This document shows, one piece after another, positions 24,745 through 37,477 of a stretch of 64,000 nt of DNA. Within the stretch, counting starts at the first letter, position 1, and each line of letters begins with the position of its first letter. The translations under genes were made by a program, and so were the position numbers. The notes under the pieces are model-generated. The model saw only the letters and a list, made by a program, of their open reading frames with translations, was not told where the DNA came from and did no database searches. This DNA is from Carcharhinus longimanus. Its lineage: Eukaryota. Location: NCBI GenBank assembly GCA_030264375.1, contig JASCQW010000133.1, positions 31,923,290-31,987,289 on the forward strand, given 5' to 3'.

Positions 24745-27700
24745 TCGAGTTCAATTAATCATTTTAAATCTCAGATGGATAAATTTTTGCTAGTCCAGGA
24801 TATTAAGGGATGCTGAGTCAAGATGAGTGTATGGAGATAGGACTCAAATCAATCATGATCTCACTGAATGACAGAACAAGCTTCGAACGTTGAATGAACT
24901 GCTTCTGTCTATATTGTCTTTCCCAACTATTCCACCAGAGGAGGAGAGAATGCCCATTTACATTTTTGGGATCAATTTCCACACCTGAGTATATAATACC
25001 TGAAAACCTCAGATAGGACAAAGAATCAGAAAAGCAATAATGTGACCACATGCACAGTAATGATTCAGACAAGAATTCGGTTTGGAATGTCAGAATGTCA
25101 CAATGATGTTGAAAGAACAGGTTCACAATAAATAACATAACATGTCTTTCTGGTCCCTCCCCACCCACCCCCCCATGTCCCGATTCCAACTTTTACACTG
25201 AAGACAGCATGGCACCAAAAATATACAGCTGTGTCCATGACACAGTACGCAAGAATCCTTTAAAAAGATACAGATATTTGACTAAAAGGGGATGGGGAAA
25301 GAGGGAGGGAAGAGGTCAGACATTCTGTATATAGGATGCTCCTTTTGTTTTAGAATATATACATCAGTTTGATATAATACTAACAAGATTCAGTCAATAA
25401 ACAAAAGCTTAAAAAACATTTTCTCGTTTTTTTTAAATTCAAGCACTGTATAGAAGTTGAAGATGCAGCATATCTTCGTGGGGGCTAATGTGGGCTTTGT
25501 ACCACGCGCTTCATATGACGCATGTTTCCCACTGAATATGACAGTAACATGCCCAACCCTGGATCATTCCAGCCTTGGTGCTCTGCACCTTTTATTAGCG
25601 TAATTCACCAGATTAAACAATAAAGAATTAGGGGATGGTTAAATTTGAGGATATATGAGCTTTTACATGATTTATTTTTCCATTTATTATGCTCCTTGAG
25701 TGAAGCACTGTTGATGGTCATCCTTTCATTTGTTTGAAATTAAACAATCTTCTTGGTTACCAACTGGCATTTGTGTGCGTGGAAATCCAATATTGGTCAA
25801 ATAGAAGCCTTCTGTGGTAAACATCAGAATGTGCACTTGCCTGAGCCCAAATTTCCTGGAGTTTCTTTCCAAGATTTTCCACTGTGCTGCAGGTCGATTG
25901 TCGTGGGCATGAATCTGAGCATGGTCAGATCTCCAGGATCAAGCTTCAGTATGCTCAGAAATCATTTGAAATTTATTTGCCAAACACCATAAGAATCATG
26001 ATCAAAACAGCTCAACGCAATGGCTGCCATATTGCTCACCCAACCGATTTACACTCGGTTTCCTGGGACTTGATTTGCGAAACTTGGGGCACAGTAACAG
26101 GGATTAGTTAAAGCACTTAAATGTTAAACCACGTAGGCCACCACTAGAAATGCTGCAACTCTCAGTACATCCTTAAAAGCATTTCTTCAGCAGTATAAAG
26201 TACAGGAATTAACCCGATTCAGACAGCCTCATTAATGCAAAGCAGCTTCTTTCACATCCCTGAAAACTGGTGCAAAAAATATGATTTTAAAGTTTAAAAA
26301 AAAACCCTAAAGAGCTAATGAAATCAAATTATTCGTTGTGCAGAGACTCAAAAGGGCACAAAATTTACCACAAGCTGATGTCATAAACCACTGCTATATT
26401 GCTATGATCTGCCACTATGAATTCTGCAACGAACACAATTAAAATTAGATTTCAGCCGAAAGACCTGCCCATTTACCTAGCTCATGGTACTTTGCTCTTG
26501 GGCTGCAAGTGCATCTCATTGCTCAATATTAACCCTCAAAGGCTAATACTGGTCTTTCTGGATATAAGGTGAGGAATTGGTGCGGTCTTAGTGGTCTAGA
26601 TGACTGGAGAACATTAGGACTGAGAATATGATCAAAAAGAATAAAATGGATTGAAAACCCACATAAACCAATGGGGATTTATATACAGGAGTAAATCAAA
26701 ATGAATGAGATACACTCTAAAGATTAGAGTTTGCGTCAAATTGTTATCACATGAGAGGGAATTATGCTTGCTGGCTCTTATGATTTTAAAAAACTCTTTG
26801 TTGGCGCTGTGAAGTGAGCACTAATTGAAGAATAACACATTCAGTTACATTTTTCTATCAGCCCTTAGTCTGTTAAATTTAGTTACCTGTGGATTAAAAT
26901 CAACAGTAATGCTGCAGAAGATGTCTATTAACGATGTTTGGTCATTTGTCCTGATCCTTTGTCAATAGAATTCTGATTCTATCACATTACCCCCTTTTCT
27001 GAAATGCATGCTGATAAAATATTTCTTCAGGTTTCTATGCAGCAATAATTTGTTTTACAGTGCACCTGGAGCATTAATCTCCTAACCTATGGAAAATGCA
27101 AACAAATGACAATGTCACTACGTGTTTAGCTAATTTTACTGTGCATTCAATTTTACTTTAGACCTACATAATATTTTGATTGTCACAAACACTTCTTTTA
27201 TTCTGTTTCATACCTCATCATTATTTACTGGCATGCAGTCTACCTGTGGATACATTAGCAACTTTAGCCATTGTTCAGAAATGAGAGTCACTCTCAGTAT
27301 ATGGGGAAATTGGAAGATTTGCAAGATTATCAGTTAGGTCAATGGCATGACAGAATTTCTTTTGTAAATCAAGTTCTAAACATTAAATTCAAAATTTAAA
27401 CCATACAGATCTGAGCACAGAATGCAAACTCAACTGAGGGATTTCAATGATATTAGATATTTCAAGTGTAAAACTTAAATCAATTTATAACCATTGTAAC
27501 CCTGAGATTGAATCAAAGCTGCACAATCATTCTCTGCTATAATATAACATTGCAAGGACCATATATGCAGATCTTGGCAGCATTTTTGGTTTGCACAGAC
27601 TGGGAATATCAACAGATTCTAGGATGCCAATGCATACAATTGCATTATCAATTGTGACTGAGAAATTTTATGTTTGCAATGTCTGTAGGGCAGGAAGTCC

Positions 27701-28711
27701 ATGCATCTTTTGATATACACCAGCTGTAAACTTTGTTGGAGTGCACTTGGGGCTCCCAAGTTAGGCTGGAGTCTTGATGCACCTGGCCTTAACCGTACAT
27801 TAAATACATAGACCCTGTTTGTGCTGAGATCAAAGCCAGTTTTTAACAAGGTCAGAAACATAGCAAGGGCAGGGATGGACACTCACGACACAAGGATTTT
27901 ACATATTTAGCTATGCATTAGTCAGGCAAACCACTGGTAGCTGGTATGCCATTTGAAACAATAAGTGATCGGCTAATTGTTAGATGTGGACTTCCAGGTA
28001 CTCCAAGCTTCTGGCCAAGAATTTTTAGTTTAGAATGCAAAGGTAAATCAAATAACATTAGAACTGAAAACTTGAGTTTTCTAATTGGATGACTAACATA
28101 CCTTCCTTTACTAAGTGTGCTACCTCACATTCCCATCATGATTCTGATATGCATCACTGAACAAACTTTTAAACAGATTTTGTAAGAAAGAAAATTGGTG
28201 AATTTTGATACTGCAAGAGCACCCTAATGTTACTTAGCTGGAAATAATTGAGGTTACAGCCCCATTCCTAGCTAGTGTTACTGCAACAAGACAGGGGAAT
28301 GCCTTCTCGTTCACTGGAGATGCTTTTTAATAATTTGTAAATTATTTTACCTTTGCAAATAAAAGTAATTTCAGGAATATTTATGAATCTCCCGTTACTT
28401 ATTTCACATTTATTTTTTCTACTCTTAGAACATGGACAGCAAGGCTTTTACTTGCATGCTACCAGGTTCTATCATAAGTAAGCAAGCTAGCTTAGTAAGC
28501 ATTTCTGGATTATATATCCACGGAAAGATTAAGAAGTCACAAATTGGAGTCACTGGTCATTTCCACTACCCTTGCAAGTGTATACCAACATTTTAGCTGG
28601 GTTATCTGGGCTGTGGTCAAGTGTTAAATGTAATACAATTTTGAATTCCTATCTAAAAAGGCACATTAAGAAAGTATAACAATATTACTAAAACATTTGG
28701 CACAGAATTTA

Positions 28712-29253
28712 AGTATTGCTGAAAGAAAGAGACATGTTATTGACGTGTTTTGTCTTGCAATCATCAAGACAACTACACAGAATAAACAAACAGTAAAGGG
28801 AATAATAATTTATACTGCAAGAGGAGTGAGTGCTGATTGGTTGGCAAGTGGACTCTGATAGGTTGAGACATTGCCATGGTGAATACAGCAGAGAACTCCC
28901 AAGATTTTGTTTCAAATTTCTTCTGTTCGCAAGGAGTATGTCCGCACATGACCCATTTTTCAACTAAATAAAAGCTGCAAGGACAGCCAGTCCCTAGTTA
29001 ATTTCCCCATGACAACGCCTTGACCACAGTCAACCTACCTGGTTTGAATTTGAAACAAAAGCTTGGCAGTCAACTGCTCTCTGCTGCATTCACCATGGCA
29101 ACACCACTAGCAGAATCCACTTGTCAACCAATCAGCACTCTCACGTTATGCGTGATAAATTCTTTCCTTTACTGTTAGTTTATCTTGTATAGCTGCCTTG
29201 ATGAGTGCAAGACAAAAAAACTTTGACAGCATGTCTCTTTCTGCAGCATTACT
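28712..29253. repeat. 540-bp foldback element (about 210-bp imperfect inverted arms) with hammerhead-like motifs near both ends
   Basis: Arm pairs AGTATTGCTGAAAGAAAGAGACATG / CATGTCTCTTTCTGCAGCATTACT, GAGTGCTGATTGGTTG / CAACCAATCAGCACTC, CCAAGATTTTGTTTCAAATT / AATTTGAAACAAAAGCTTGG. Confidence 0.85.
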
Positions 29254-32200
29254 GTTAGAAAGTTTTTTTTAGATTTTACATCCACCCATTTGTCATAAAA
29301 AAAGTCTTTGTAATTGTTGTCAATAATTTTAGTGCACATGCATGACACAACAATTAAAATCTGCAAAATCTTCCTTAAGCTCCCTCTCCAGCAAATGTAT
29401 ATTAGTGAGATTGCCTATTTATAGTGGTTTATGAAACATTATGGTCCAATATCCCATTTGTAGATATGGTGGGGAGGAGAACTATTTACAGAACCAACAG
29501 AAAGATGAAGCTTTTCTCACCGAGGCTGCACTTAGCCTGCCTCCAGTTGAGTGTTCACTGATTTTATTAATGATGCATATAATGCAATGAATATAAAACA
29601 ATTACAAATAGTGGTGTTTTATCATTCGTGATTTCTAATGTTTTATGTAGCCTCCCTGGGTTTAATTTTTCACACTACGTTATTGACAGAATGTGCATTG
29701 TTAAAGAATATTGACTTAATGCTAACATTTTAACAATGTTAACAAGACTAACATTCACTTGTAGAATGGACACTGCTCACTCATATGGAGATGATATAAA
29801 GTACTTTCTCCACAATTCACTCCTTCCTGAAACACATTATAAAATGTACATCAAGAATCTTACACAAATTCAAAAGCCAGAAGTTCTTACTCACGACTGA
29901 ATCCAAAACAGAATCAAAGAAGAGGATGCTCCTGAGTTACAAGAACATCTGCTTTTAATAAGCAACTTCCCTCTACCATCAGAGAAAAGTATCTGCAAAT
30001 GGCACTCAGTTTTGGTACTGCTGATTTATTTATTTGGGTTATGCCATCTGAATATTGGCCCTTTCCATGTTGTTTATGTTTTTCAAGTTTAGCTATTTTA
30101 CAACAATCTCAGCCATGCACATTGTTTAAAAAAAACACCCTAGGTGGTCAACCTATGCCAATTTTTCAGGTCTCTGACGCGAGACTGTTCCGATGCCTGA
30201 TATGTAACATATGTGCATTTCTTATGCCACTAATATGAAGCAATATTTGAAAAACAGCAGGAAAGATTTTGTCTTTATGTTAAACACTGCCTAGGTGTAG
30301 CATAGAGGGGGAAACTGGACAGAGAGAATGGGATGCCTGCTACAGAACCCATCTGATTCTCTTCCCACTTTCTGGGAGTTTCTGTTAGGGACCTTCAACA
30401 TTCCCTATCCAATTCTCCTCTCTAGTCTCTGGAAAAAACAAAAAATAGCTGAGTGTTATAGGATTATGAGGGTAACTATGGCAACAAATATCATTATCAG
30501 AAAAGTTTCTGTTGAAATAAGTTATTTTTTGTCCAGAAAACAAACTACAAAAAGGATGCATTATCAGAGATAACTCTACAATAATGTAGAATTACTAATT
30601 TGGGTACTAATTGGTTATATCTGGTAATCATATCTTAATGATTTTGTTTGCACAGACACGATTTTAGAGAAAACTTAAATCATGCCTGTGCTACCTTAAC
30701 ACCAGGTGGCACTGTGAAATAGTGCAATTACAAGTGTACTGTATCCATTTTCATTGTTTTGTGGGTCAATGAGGGGAAGATGACGGGAAACAAAGTGGCA
30801 AAATGTTTTCCTCCATAAGCGAGAAATGAACATCAATTTTCTTATGGTATCATAGGTATCAATGTTAACCAACTAAGCCCTCCTTTGGCTTCAACAGTGC
30901 CATCTCCAACATCCTTGTAACATGTCTGGGGTACATATTCATTGCTGATTTAAAGACAAGCAAGTAACATAATCACTCTTGGTAACAGAAATCATTATTA
31001 TTGCATCATCCTGAACGACAATCAATCAAACTGACCATAGACTAGTTTTGTTCCATCATTCTGACTCTTATTTCTAACAAAGCAGCAGACCATGGCAATG
31101 GTGTGGTAAATTTTGAGCCCATCCTGTCCTTGGTATTATTACTTCTCAGTACGCACTAAATGTCGCAGTTCTAAACAAAAATATAACCAGAAAAAATTAT
31201 ACACATCATCTGTGTTTTTTCTTTACAGTTGAAATATGAGGTTTAAACATTTTAGTGGTACTTTAGCTAAAACAAAATGCAACAAAAAAGAATTTCAGCG
31301 TTGATGTTGCTCCCTAAATTCGGATTAATAGCTGACCCTTGTTGTGACTGACCAGTTATTAAAATGTAACAATGCATTGTCACTGTTCATAGAAGACATG
31401 TCGATAAAGCAACTCATGCTACGCAATCACCATTTAAAGATATTCTCAAGTTGTGACCACGGATTCTTGGTATATTAGTTCTTAAACATTATGTACACTT
31501 GCACAGTAATATCTATGATAAATATTTTCTCTTCGATCATTGTTTTTTTTTAAAATCTTCCTTAATCTGTAAAGTCCATTGGCACTTTGCACTTCACGGT
31601 GGGAAGGGGACAAAGACTTTACAAAACAAATCAAGTGCTGTGTGGATCAGAGGTTTTGTAGAATGTGGGGATTCATAATTTCTTTTGTCTCACTGAAGTA
31701 AAGGTTGAGTTGCAGCACACCTTTATGTCCATTCAAAGCAATGACTTCAAAATCCTCCGAACTGTGGCAAGTAATCTAACAATGGAATGGTGTCCAGTAA
31801 TCCTGGATCAGTATCTGTAAACACAGAAACCAGGACCAGGCTAGGTCTGTAGATCAGCATCTAATTAAGTACAATAACTGAAAATTGCCCAGCAGTAGCA
31901 GAACAGTCCACACTGGAACCAGCCATCACAGAAGCACGATGGGTCATGAATCAGTAACTATAGTTATATATCCAGTAGCCATAAATATTTGGCAAAAACA
32001 CACTGAGCCATGTCATTCGTTATCCATAGAAACTCGACAATGAAGTGTGACTGTGTTGTCATCTAGCAACCACTGAAACCCTATCAACAAAACAGGCCAC
32101 AAAGCAACATCCAAGTAGCCATGAAAATGTAGCAATGGCTGAGAGCGGTTAGAACACGTTGGCAACCTGGTGATCCAGTGTGGCAGCAATCGTTCTCTTG

Positions 32201-32904
32201 TCATCATAAAAACATTGCAATTAGCAGGGCTGTGGGGCTGGGTGGGGCGAGGAAAGGGTGGGGAGAGAAATTAAGCACCGACACACTGTTGTTTATCACA
32301 ATCCGTAGAACAAGAATCAAATGTAACTGCTCTGGTAACCATAGAAACAAAGTAATCCATCATCCAACTGATGTTTACAATCACCCAATCTTAGGTACGT
32401 ACAGAAAGCAGCAGCTGGTAAACACAAGATACGTGGCAAGATAGCGAGTCTGAAACAGCAAAAGAAATCCAGGTCAAATGATGATGATATTGGCACATGG
32501 TGCTATTGGTGACAGATGTCACAAAACAGCATTTTGAGAGGCGAGTGACAGATGGACCACCAATGATGGGTCAATGTTCTATGTGATATGTTGCAGTCCA
32601 GGATGATTCTATGAAAATCTGATTGAATCAGTGACTGAAAACGCAGGTCCAGTCAGCCACTTGCTTTGTACGTCAATGTTCCACCGACCCTCTGATATGA
32701 AGCAAAGAACACCACCAGGGCGCAATGACACATGACAAAATAAATTTTCCAAAATTATTTGGCAACATCCTCTAGTCCATTCCTGTGGAGTTGGCTCATG
32801 AACCGCAGTGGTCACTGTGGTTGCAGTTAACAGATGCTACACTCGTTCATCAATACTTCCAATAAAAATACACATCCAAACTGTTCCAAAAAGTCTCACA
32901 TTCA

Positions 32905-33010
32905 TATCTACATACATGTATGCATATATATTTATATATATATATTTTATATATATCTATATGTGTATATAGATATATATATATTTCCACATATATATAT
33001 ATATTTATAC
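32905..33010. repeat. Imperfect (TA)n microsatellite in the proximal GRK3 3' UTR
   Basis: Direct reading. Confidence 0.9.
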
Positions 33011-33149
33011 ACATCCTGTTTTATGGGATCATATAATTAACTAATAACAACACGCTGGACCACGTACGAGGCGATATAGAAGTAGTTTTGCACAAAACCA
33101 TCCTCAGGTCTCTTGTTTCTGTTCCCCACTCACACACAAGCACTCTCCC

Positions 33150-33311
33150 TTAAAGCCCATTGCTGTTCCTGTGGCTGAGGGGGGGTTTGGTCAGCTCTAC
33201 CACCGCTGAACGTGACTTATTCAGCATCTTAGGAGCTCTTCGCAGGACCCTCTGAGCCTCATTAAAGGCTTCTGTTAATTCTTTCTTCCACTGGATGAAC
33301 TCTGGGTCACT
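33150..33311 (-). CDS. GRK3: GRK3 terminal coding exon: [53 protein letters not shown]
   Basis: 162 nt to TAA; acceptor ttcccccag|AGT; GRK3-type C-terminus. Confidence 0.95.
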   Translation of the reverse strand, partial: SDPEFIQWKKELTEAFNEAQRVLRRAPKMLNKSRSAVVELTKPPLSHRNSNGL

Positions 33312-34004
33312 CTGGGGGAAAAAAAAGGAGAATGCAGAGGAGTTATTGTAAGACGATGTGCTTTTATTTGATTTTCCTAATTTTCTTCTGGAGCCACAGA
33401 TTAGTGCTAGGGTGCTGGTTTTATGACTACTGAGGGCCTTCTGACATCTTTCCCAAAGTTATTTGGGATTCATAATAGTCAATATTAGCAAGATATTTGA
33501 TCCTGTCTTCACCCAAAGTTCATACATGAGCATTTTACAACAGTGGTTCTTTGCCCAGGCAATCTTTCCCTCAGAAGAAACAGACTTGCTGAACAGAGAA
33601 ATGGCCCAATCTTTAATCAAGAGAGATGTCGTTCCTTTCATTGTGTGAAGTAAGTAATTAACTCTGTCATAAAGGATTTCTGTTTTGATCAGGGTGAATA
33701 ATAAACATCCTGTGAACATTTTCCAATAATTTTATACCTGCTGGAAGAATGGATATAATGATAGGTATATGGAGTATAAAATGTGAGGTTTCCGTTCTAT
33801 GTATTACCTATCTGTCCTGAATGAGAAAGCTGATGTCAAATTGCGCTCAATTCTGAATGAGAGCCAATGCTAATTAGAATCTAAATTGAGACTGGCAAAT
33901 TATTTCATACAGTGTCTTACAAAGAGTAGATTAAGGCTTTCATCCCAACAGTACAAGGGTTCATTTCTGGTCCTCAAAAGTGGAAGATCAGTTTCTAACT
34001 TGGT

Positions 34005-35065
34005 GATTGGTGGTTGTAGAGGGTTGTTTTGCAAACTGGAGGCCTGTTACCAGTGGTGTGCTTGAGGAATCGGTGCTGGGTCCATTGTTATTTGTCATTT
34101 ATATTAATGGTTTGGATGAGAATTTCAGAGGCATGGTTAGTAAGTTTGCAAATGACACCAAGATTGGTGGCTTAGTGGACAGTGAAGAAGGTCATCAAGG
34201 ATTGCAGTCGGATCTTGATCAATTGCGCCAGTGGGCTGACGAATGGCAGAAGAAGTTTAATTTAAAGAAATGTGAGGTGATGCATTTTGGTTGATCGAAC
34301 CAGGGCAGGACTTACTCAGTTAATGGTAAGGCACTGGGGAGAGTTATAGAACAAAGAGATCTAGGGGTACAGGTTCATAGTTCCTTGAAAGTGGAGTCAT
34401 AGGTGGACAGAGTGGTGAAGAAGGCATTCAGCATGCTTGGTCTCATTGGTCAGAACATTGAATACAGGAGTTGAGATGTCTTGTTGAATTGTCCAAGACA
34501 TTGGTAAGGCCACACTTGGAATGCTGCGTACAGTTCTGGTCACCCTAATATAGAAAGGATATTATTAAACTAGAAAGAGTGCAGAAGAGATTTACTAGGA
34601 TGCTAGGAGACTTGATGGTTTGAGTTATAAGGGTAGGCTGGATAGGCTGGGACTTTTTTCCCTGGAGTGGAGGGGATGCAGAGGTGATCTTATAGAGATC
34701 CATAAAGTAATGAGGGGCATATATAAGGTAGATAGTCAACATCATTTCCCAAAGGTAGGGGAGTCTAAAATGAGAGGGCATAGGTTTAAGGTGAGAGGGG
34801 AGAGATACAAAAGGATCCAGAGGGGCAATTTTTTCACACACATATTGGTGAGTGCCTGGAACAAGCTGCCAGAGGTAGTAGTAGAGGCGGGTACAATTTT
34901 GTCTTTTAAAAGCATTTAGACAGTTACATGGGTACGATGGGTTTGGACAGATATGGACCAAATGTGGGCAATTGGGATTAGCTATAGTTCTTAAAAAAAA
35001 GCGAGGCATGTACAAGTTGGGCCAAAGGGCCTGTTTCCATGCTGTAAAACCTCTGTGACTCTATC
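34005..35065 (+). mobile_element. CR1 LINE 3' part (RT C-terminal half and tail)
   Basis: ORF 34007..34294 VTSGV..SVLGPLLFVIYIN...SKFANDTKIGG; 34620..34919 RGDLIE...RGHRFKV. Confidence 0.9.
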
Positions 35066-35690
35066 TTGGCTTTTGTTGCCTTGGAAGTTAAGTATCCCAA
35101 TACTCCCATGCTGGCTGGCCTTCCAACCTCAAAAACCTGGGCTCATCCAGACATCTGCTGCCTGCATCGAAACATCCACTGAGTCCTGTGCTCACTGACC
35201 CACAACACGTTCATCCAAATCTTCGGCCCTCCCAATCTCTGAAACCTCCACCAGCTCTGTAACAGTTTAAGATTTCTGTGTCTTCCAGTTCTGGGCTGTT
35301 GTCCCACTTCTGGCAGACATGCCTCCAGCTATCCAGGCCCTCGATCAGTGGTAGACAACCTCGGCTAGTGAGTGGGCCTCCTTCATCTCAGTTGGCTGCA
35401 AGACTGAAATTGAGCATTTTCACTAATTATCCCCCTGTGAATAAGTTTGGATACATTTAACCCATGGCAGATACTTTATAAATTATAGAAAATGCTGCAA
35501 CATTCATTAATAAAACTGTCAATTACAAATGGTTAATTAAGACAAATACCCTTTGAATCAATAAATCCCTACAATGCAGATGGAGACCATNNNNNNNNNN
35601 NNNNNNNNNNNNNNNNNNNNNNNNNNNNNNNNNNNNNNNNNNNNNNNNNNNNNNNNNNNNNNNNNNNNNNNNNNNNNNNNNNNNNNNNNN

Positions 35691-36200
35691 TATAGAAAGG
35701 ATATTATTAAACTAGAAAGAGTGCAGAAGAGATTTACTAGGATGCTACCAGGACTTGATGGTTTGAGATAAAAGGAGAGGCTGGATAGACTGGGACTTTT
35801 TCTCTGGAGTGTAGGAGGCCTAGGGGTGATCTTATAGAGGTCTATAAAATAATGAGGGGCATAGATCAGCTAGATGGTCAATATTTTTTCCCCAAAGGTA
35901 GGGGAGTCTAAAACTACAGGGTATATGTTTAAGGCGAGAGTGGAGAGATACAAAAGTGTCCAGAGGGGCAGTTTTTTTACTCAGAGGGTGGTGAGTGTCT
36001 GGAACAAGCTGCCAGAGGTAGTAGTAGAGGCAGGCTCAATTTTGTCTTTTAAAAATTGTTTGACAGTTACATGGGTAAGATGGCTATAGAGGGATATGGG
36101 CCAAACGCGGGCAATTGGGTCTAGTTTAGGAGTTAAAAAGAGGATAGCATTGATAGGTTGGGCCAAAAGGCCTGTTTCTGTGCTGTAAACCTCTGAGTTT
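35691..36200 (+). mobile_element. CR1 LINE 3' end, second copy
   Basis: YRKDIIKLERVQKRFTRMLPGL...FFTQRVVSVWNKLP. Confidence 0.9.
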
Positions 36201-36482
36201 CTGACATTTTTTTAAACAAGCAACCGTTATGATACTAACCTGTGTACTATTTATTTAACAATAAATTATCTTCATGAACACAAATCTAATCAGGACTGTT
36301 ACGTAATAAATTGGTTCAAGCCCACTCCTGCATGTCCTGATGCAACAATGTGACATTTTACTTCATACTACCTGTACTTATAGTCCATGGCTACAGCCAG
36401 GCATGCATAAGGTTATGCGAATAATTAGCACTAATTGTGTCTGAACACTATCTAAATATGAGTCATATGGATTCAAAATGTT

Positions 36483-36599
36483 GGCCGTGACTCTACCACC
36501 TCGCCTGACGCGGAATCAGAATAGGCAAGGATCCACAACGGAAATCTCCTTGGGCGGGAATTTTTGGTCTCGCCTGAGCAAGGCGGTAAAATTCTACCC
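36483..36599. mobile_element. MITE of the same family as 24617-24744 (older copy)
   Basis: Ends GGCGGTAAAATTCTACCC; decayed left TIR. Confidence 0.5.
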
Positions 36600-36744
36600 A
36601 TTATTGCTGTTTCTCTCTCCACAAATACTGCCAAACTTGCTGAGTTCAGCCAGCATTTTCTGTTTTTATTACAGATTTCTAGCACACACAGAATTTTGCT
36701 TTTATTTTATAGTGTCTAAACACTAGGCTGTTTTGTGCCCTGAA

Positions 36745-36875
36745 CACTCATTACCTGTTGAAGGAGCGGCACTCCGAAAGCTCGTGATTCCAAATAAACC
36801 TGCTGGACTTTAACCTGGTGTTGTGAGAGTTCTTACTGTGCCCACTCCAGTCCAACTCCGGCATCTCCAACTCAC
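36745..36875 (+). mobile_element. Penelope-like fragment with near-intact minimal hammerhead motif (36751-36787)
   Basis: TTAC-CTGTTGA-A-GGAG.....CTCC-GAA-AGCT-C-GTGA followed by AAATAAACCTGCTGGACTTTAACCTGGTG. Confidence 0.7.
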
Positions 36876-37363
36876 TACCTAAAATCTAGGCTGAATGTAT
36901 GTTGGTATATTTAATTTAGGGTACGTACAAACACTAAATGGAGGATTCATCTGGGATAGATTGGAGCTCAGCACTGTGAAGTAATACCATGCACTAAATC
37001 CTATGAATGCAGCATCAAGGGGAGGAAACCCAATTCTGTTGGTGAAAGAATCATGACTGTGGTCGGAATTTTCCAGTTGTTTAGGCTGGGTTTCCCAGTG
37101 GCATAGGGTGCAGTCAATGGGAAATCCCATTAATGAAACCCTTTCTTAATGAATTTACTTACTAATTGGGACTGTCAAAATTCAACTTTTTCCAAACAAA
37201 ATGGAGCTACAGCAATGATTTGCATAATTAAAACAACCTGGTGGCGGGGAGAAGGGAACGAATGCTTTGAACTTTTCCCCCTTATGACCACATCAGTGCC
37301 AGTCTATATCCAGATGAGACAGCAGACATCTCCATAACTCCCTATCTTGCAGGAACCACTCAC

Positions 37364-37477
37364 CTCACATTGCAGCACAAATTGCTTTCCTCCCTTAATC
37401 CGCAGGAGGATACATTTCTTATCTTTAATCTGAGTCTCTTCCACCGACACTATCTGCTCCATTGTCAGCAGGCTTTG
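37364..37477 (-). CDS. GRK3: GRK3 exon 20 equivalent: [38 protein letters not shown]
   Basis: 114 nt; acceptor atctag|CAA, donor GAG|gtgagt. Confidence 0.95.

Larger units (their letters stand above)
25250..33149 (-). other. GRK3: Probable long GRK3 3' UTR (end undetermined)
   Basis: Follows the stop codon; almost no recognisable TEs compared with the flanks; minus-strand AATAAA candidates at 29563-29568, 27197-27202, 25683-25688, 25671-25676, 25591-25596. Confidence 0.45.
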
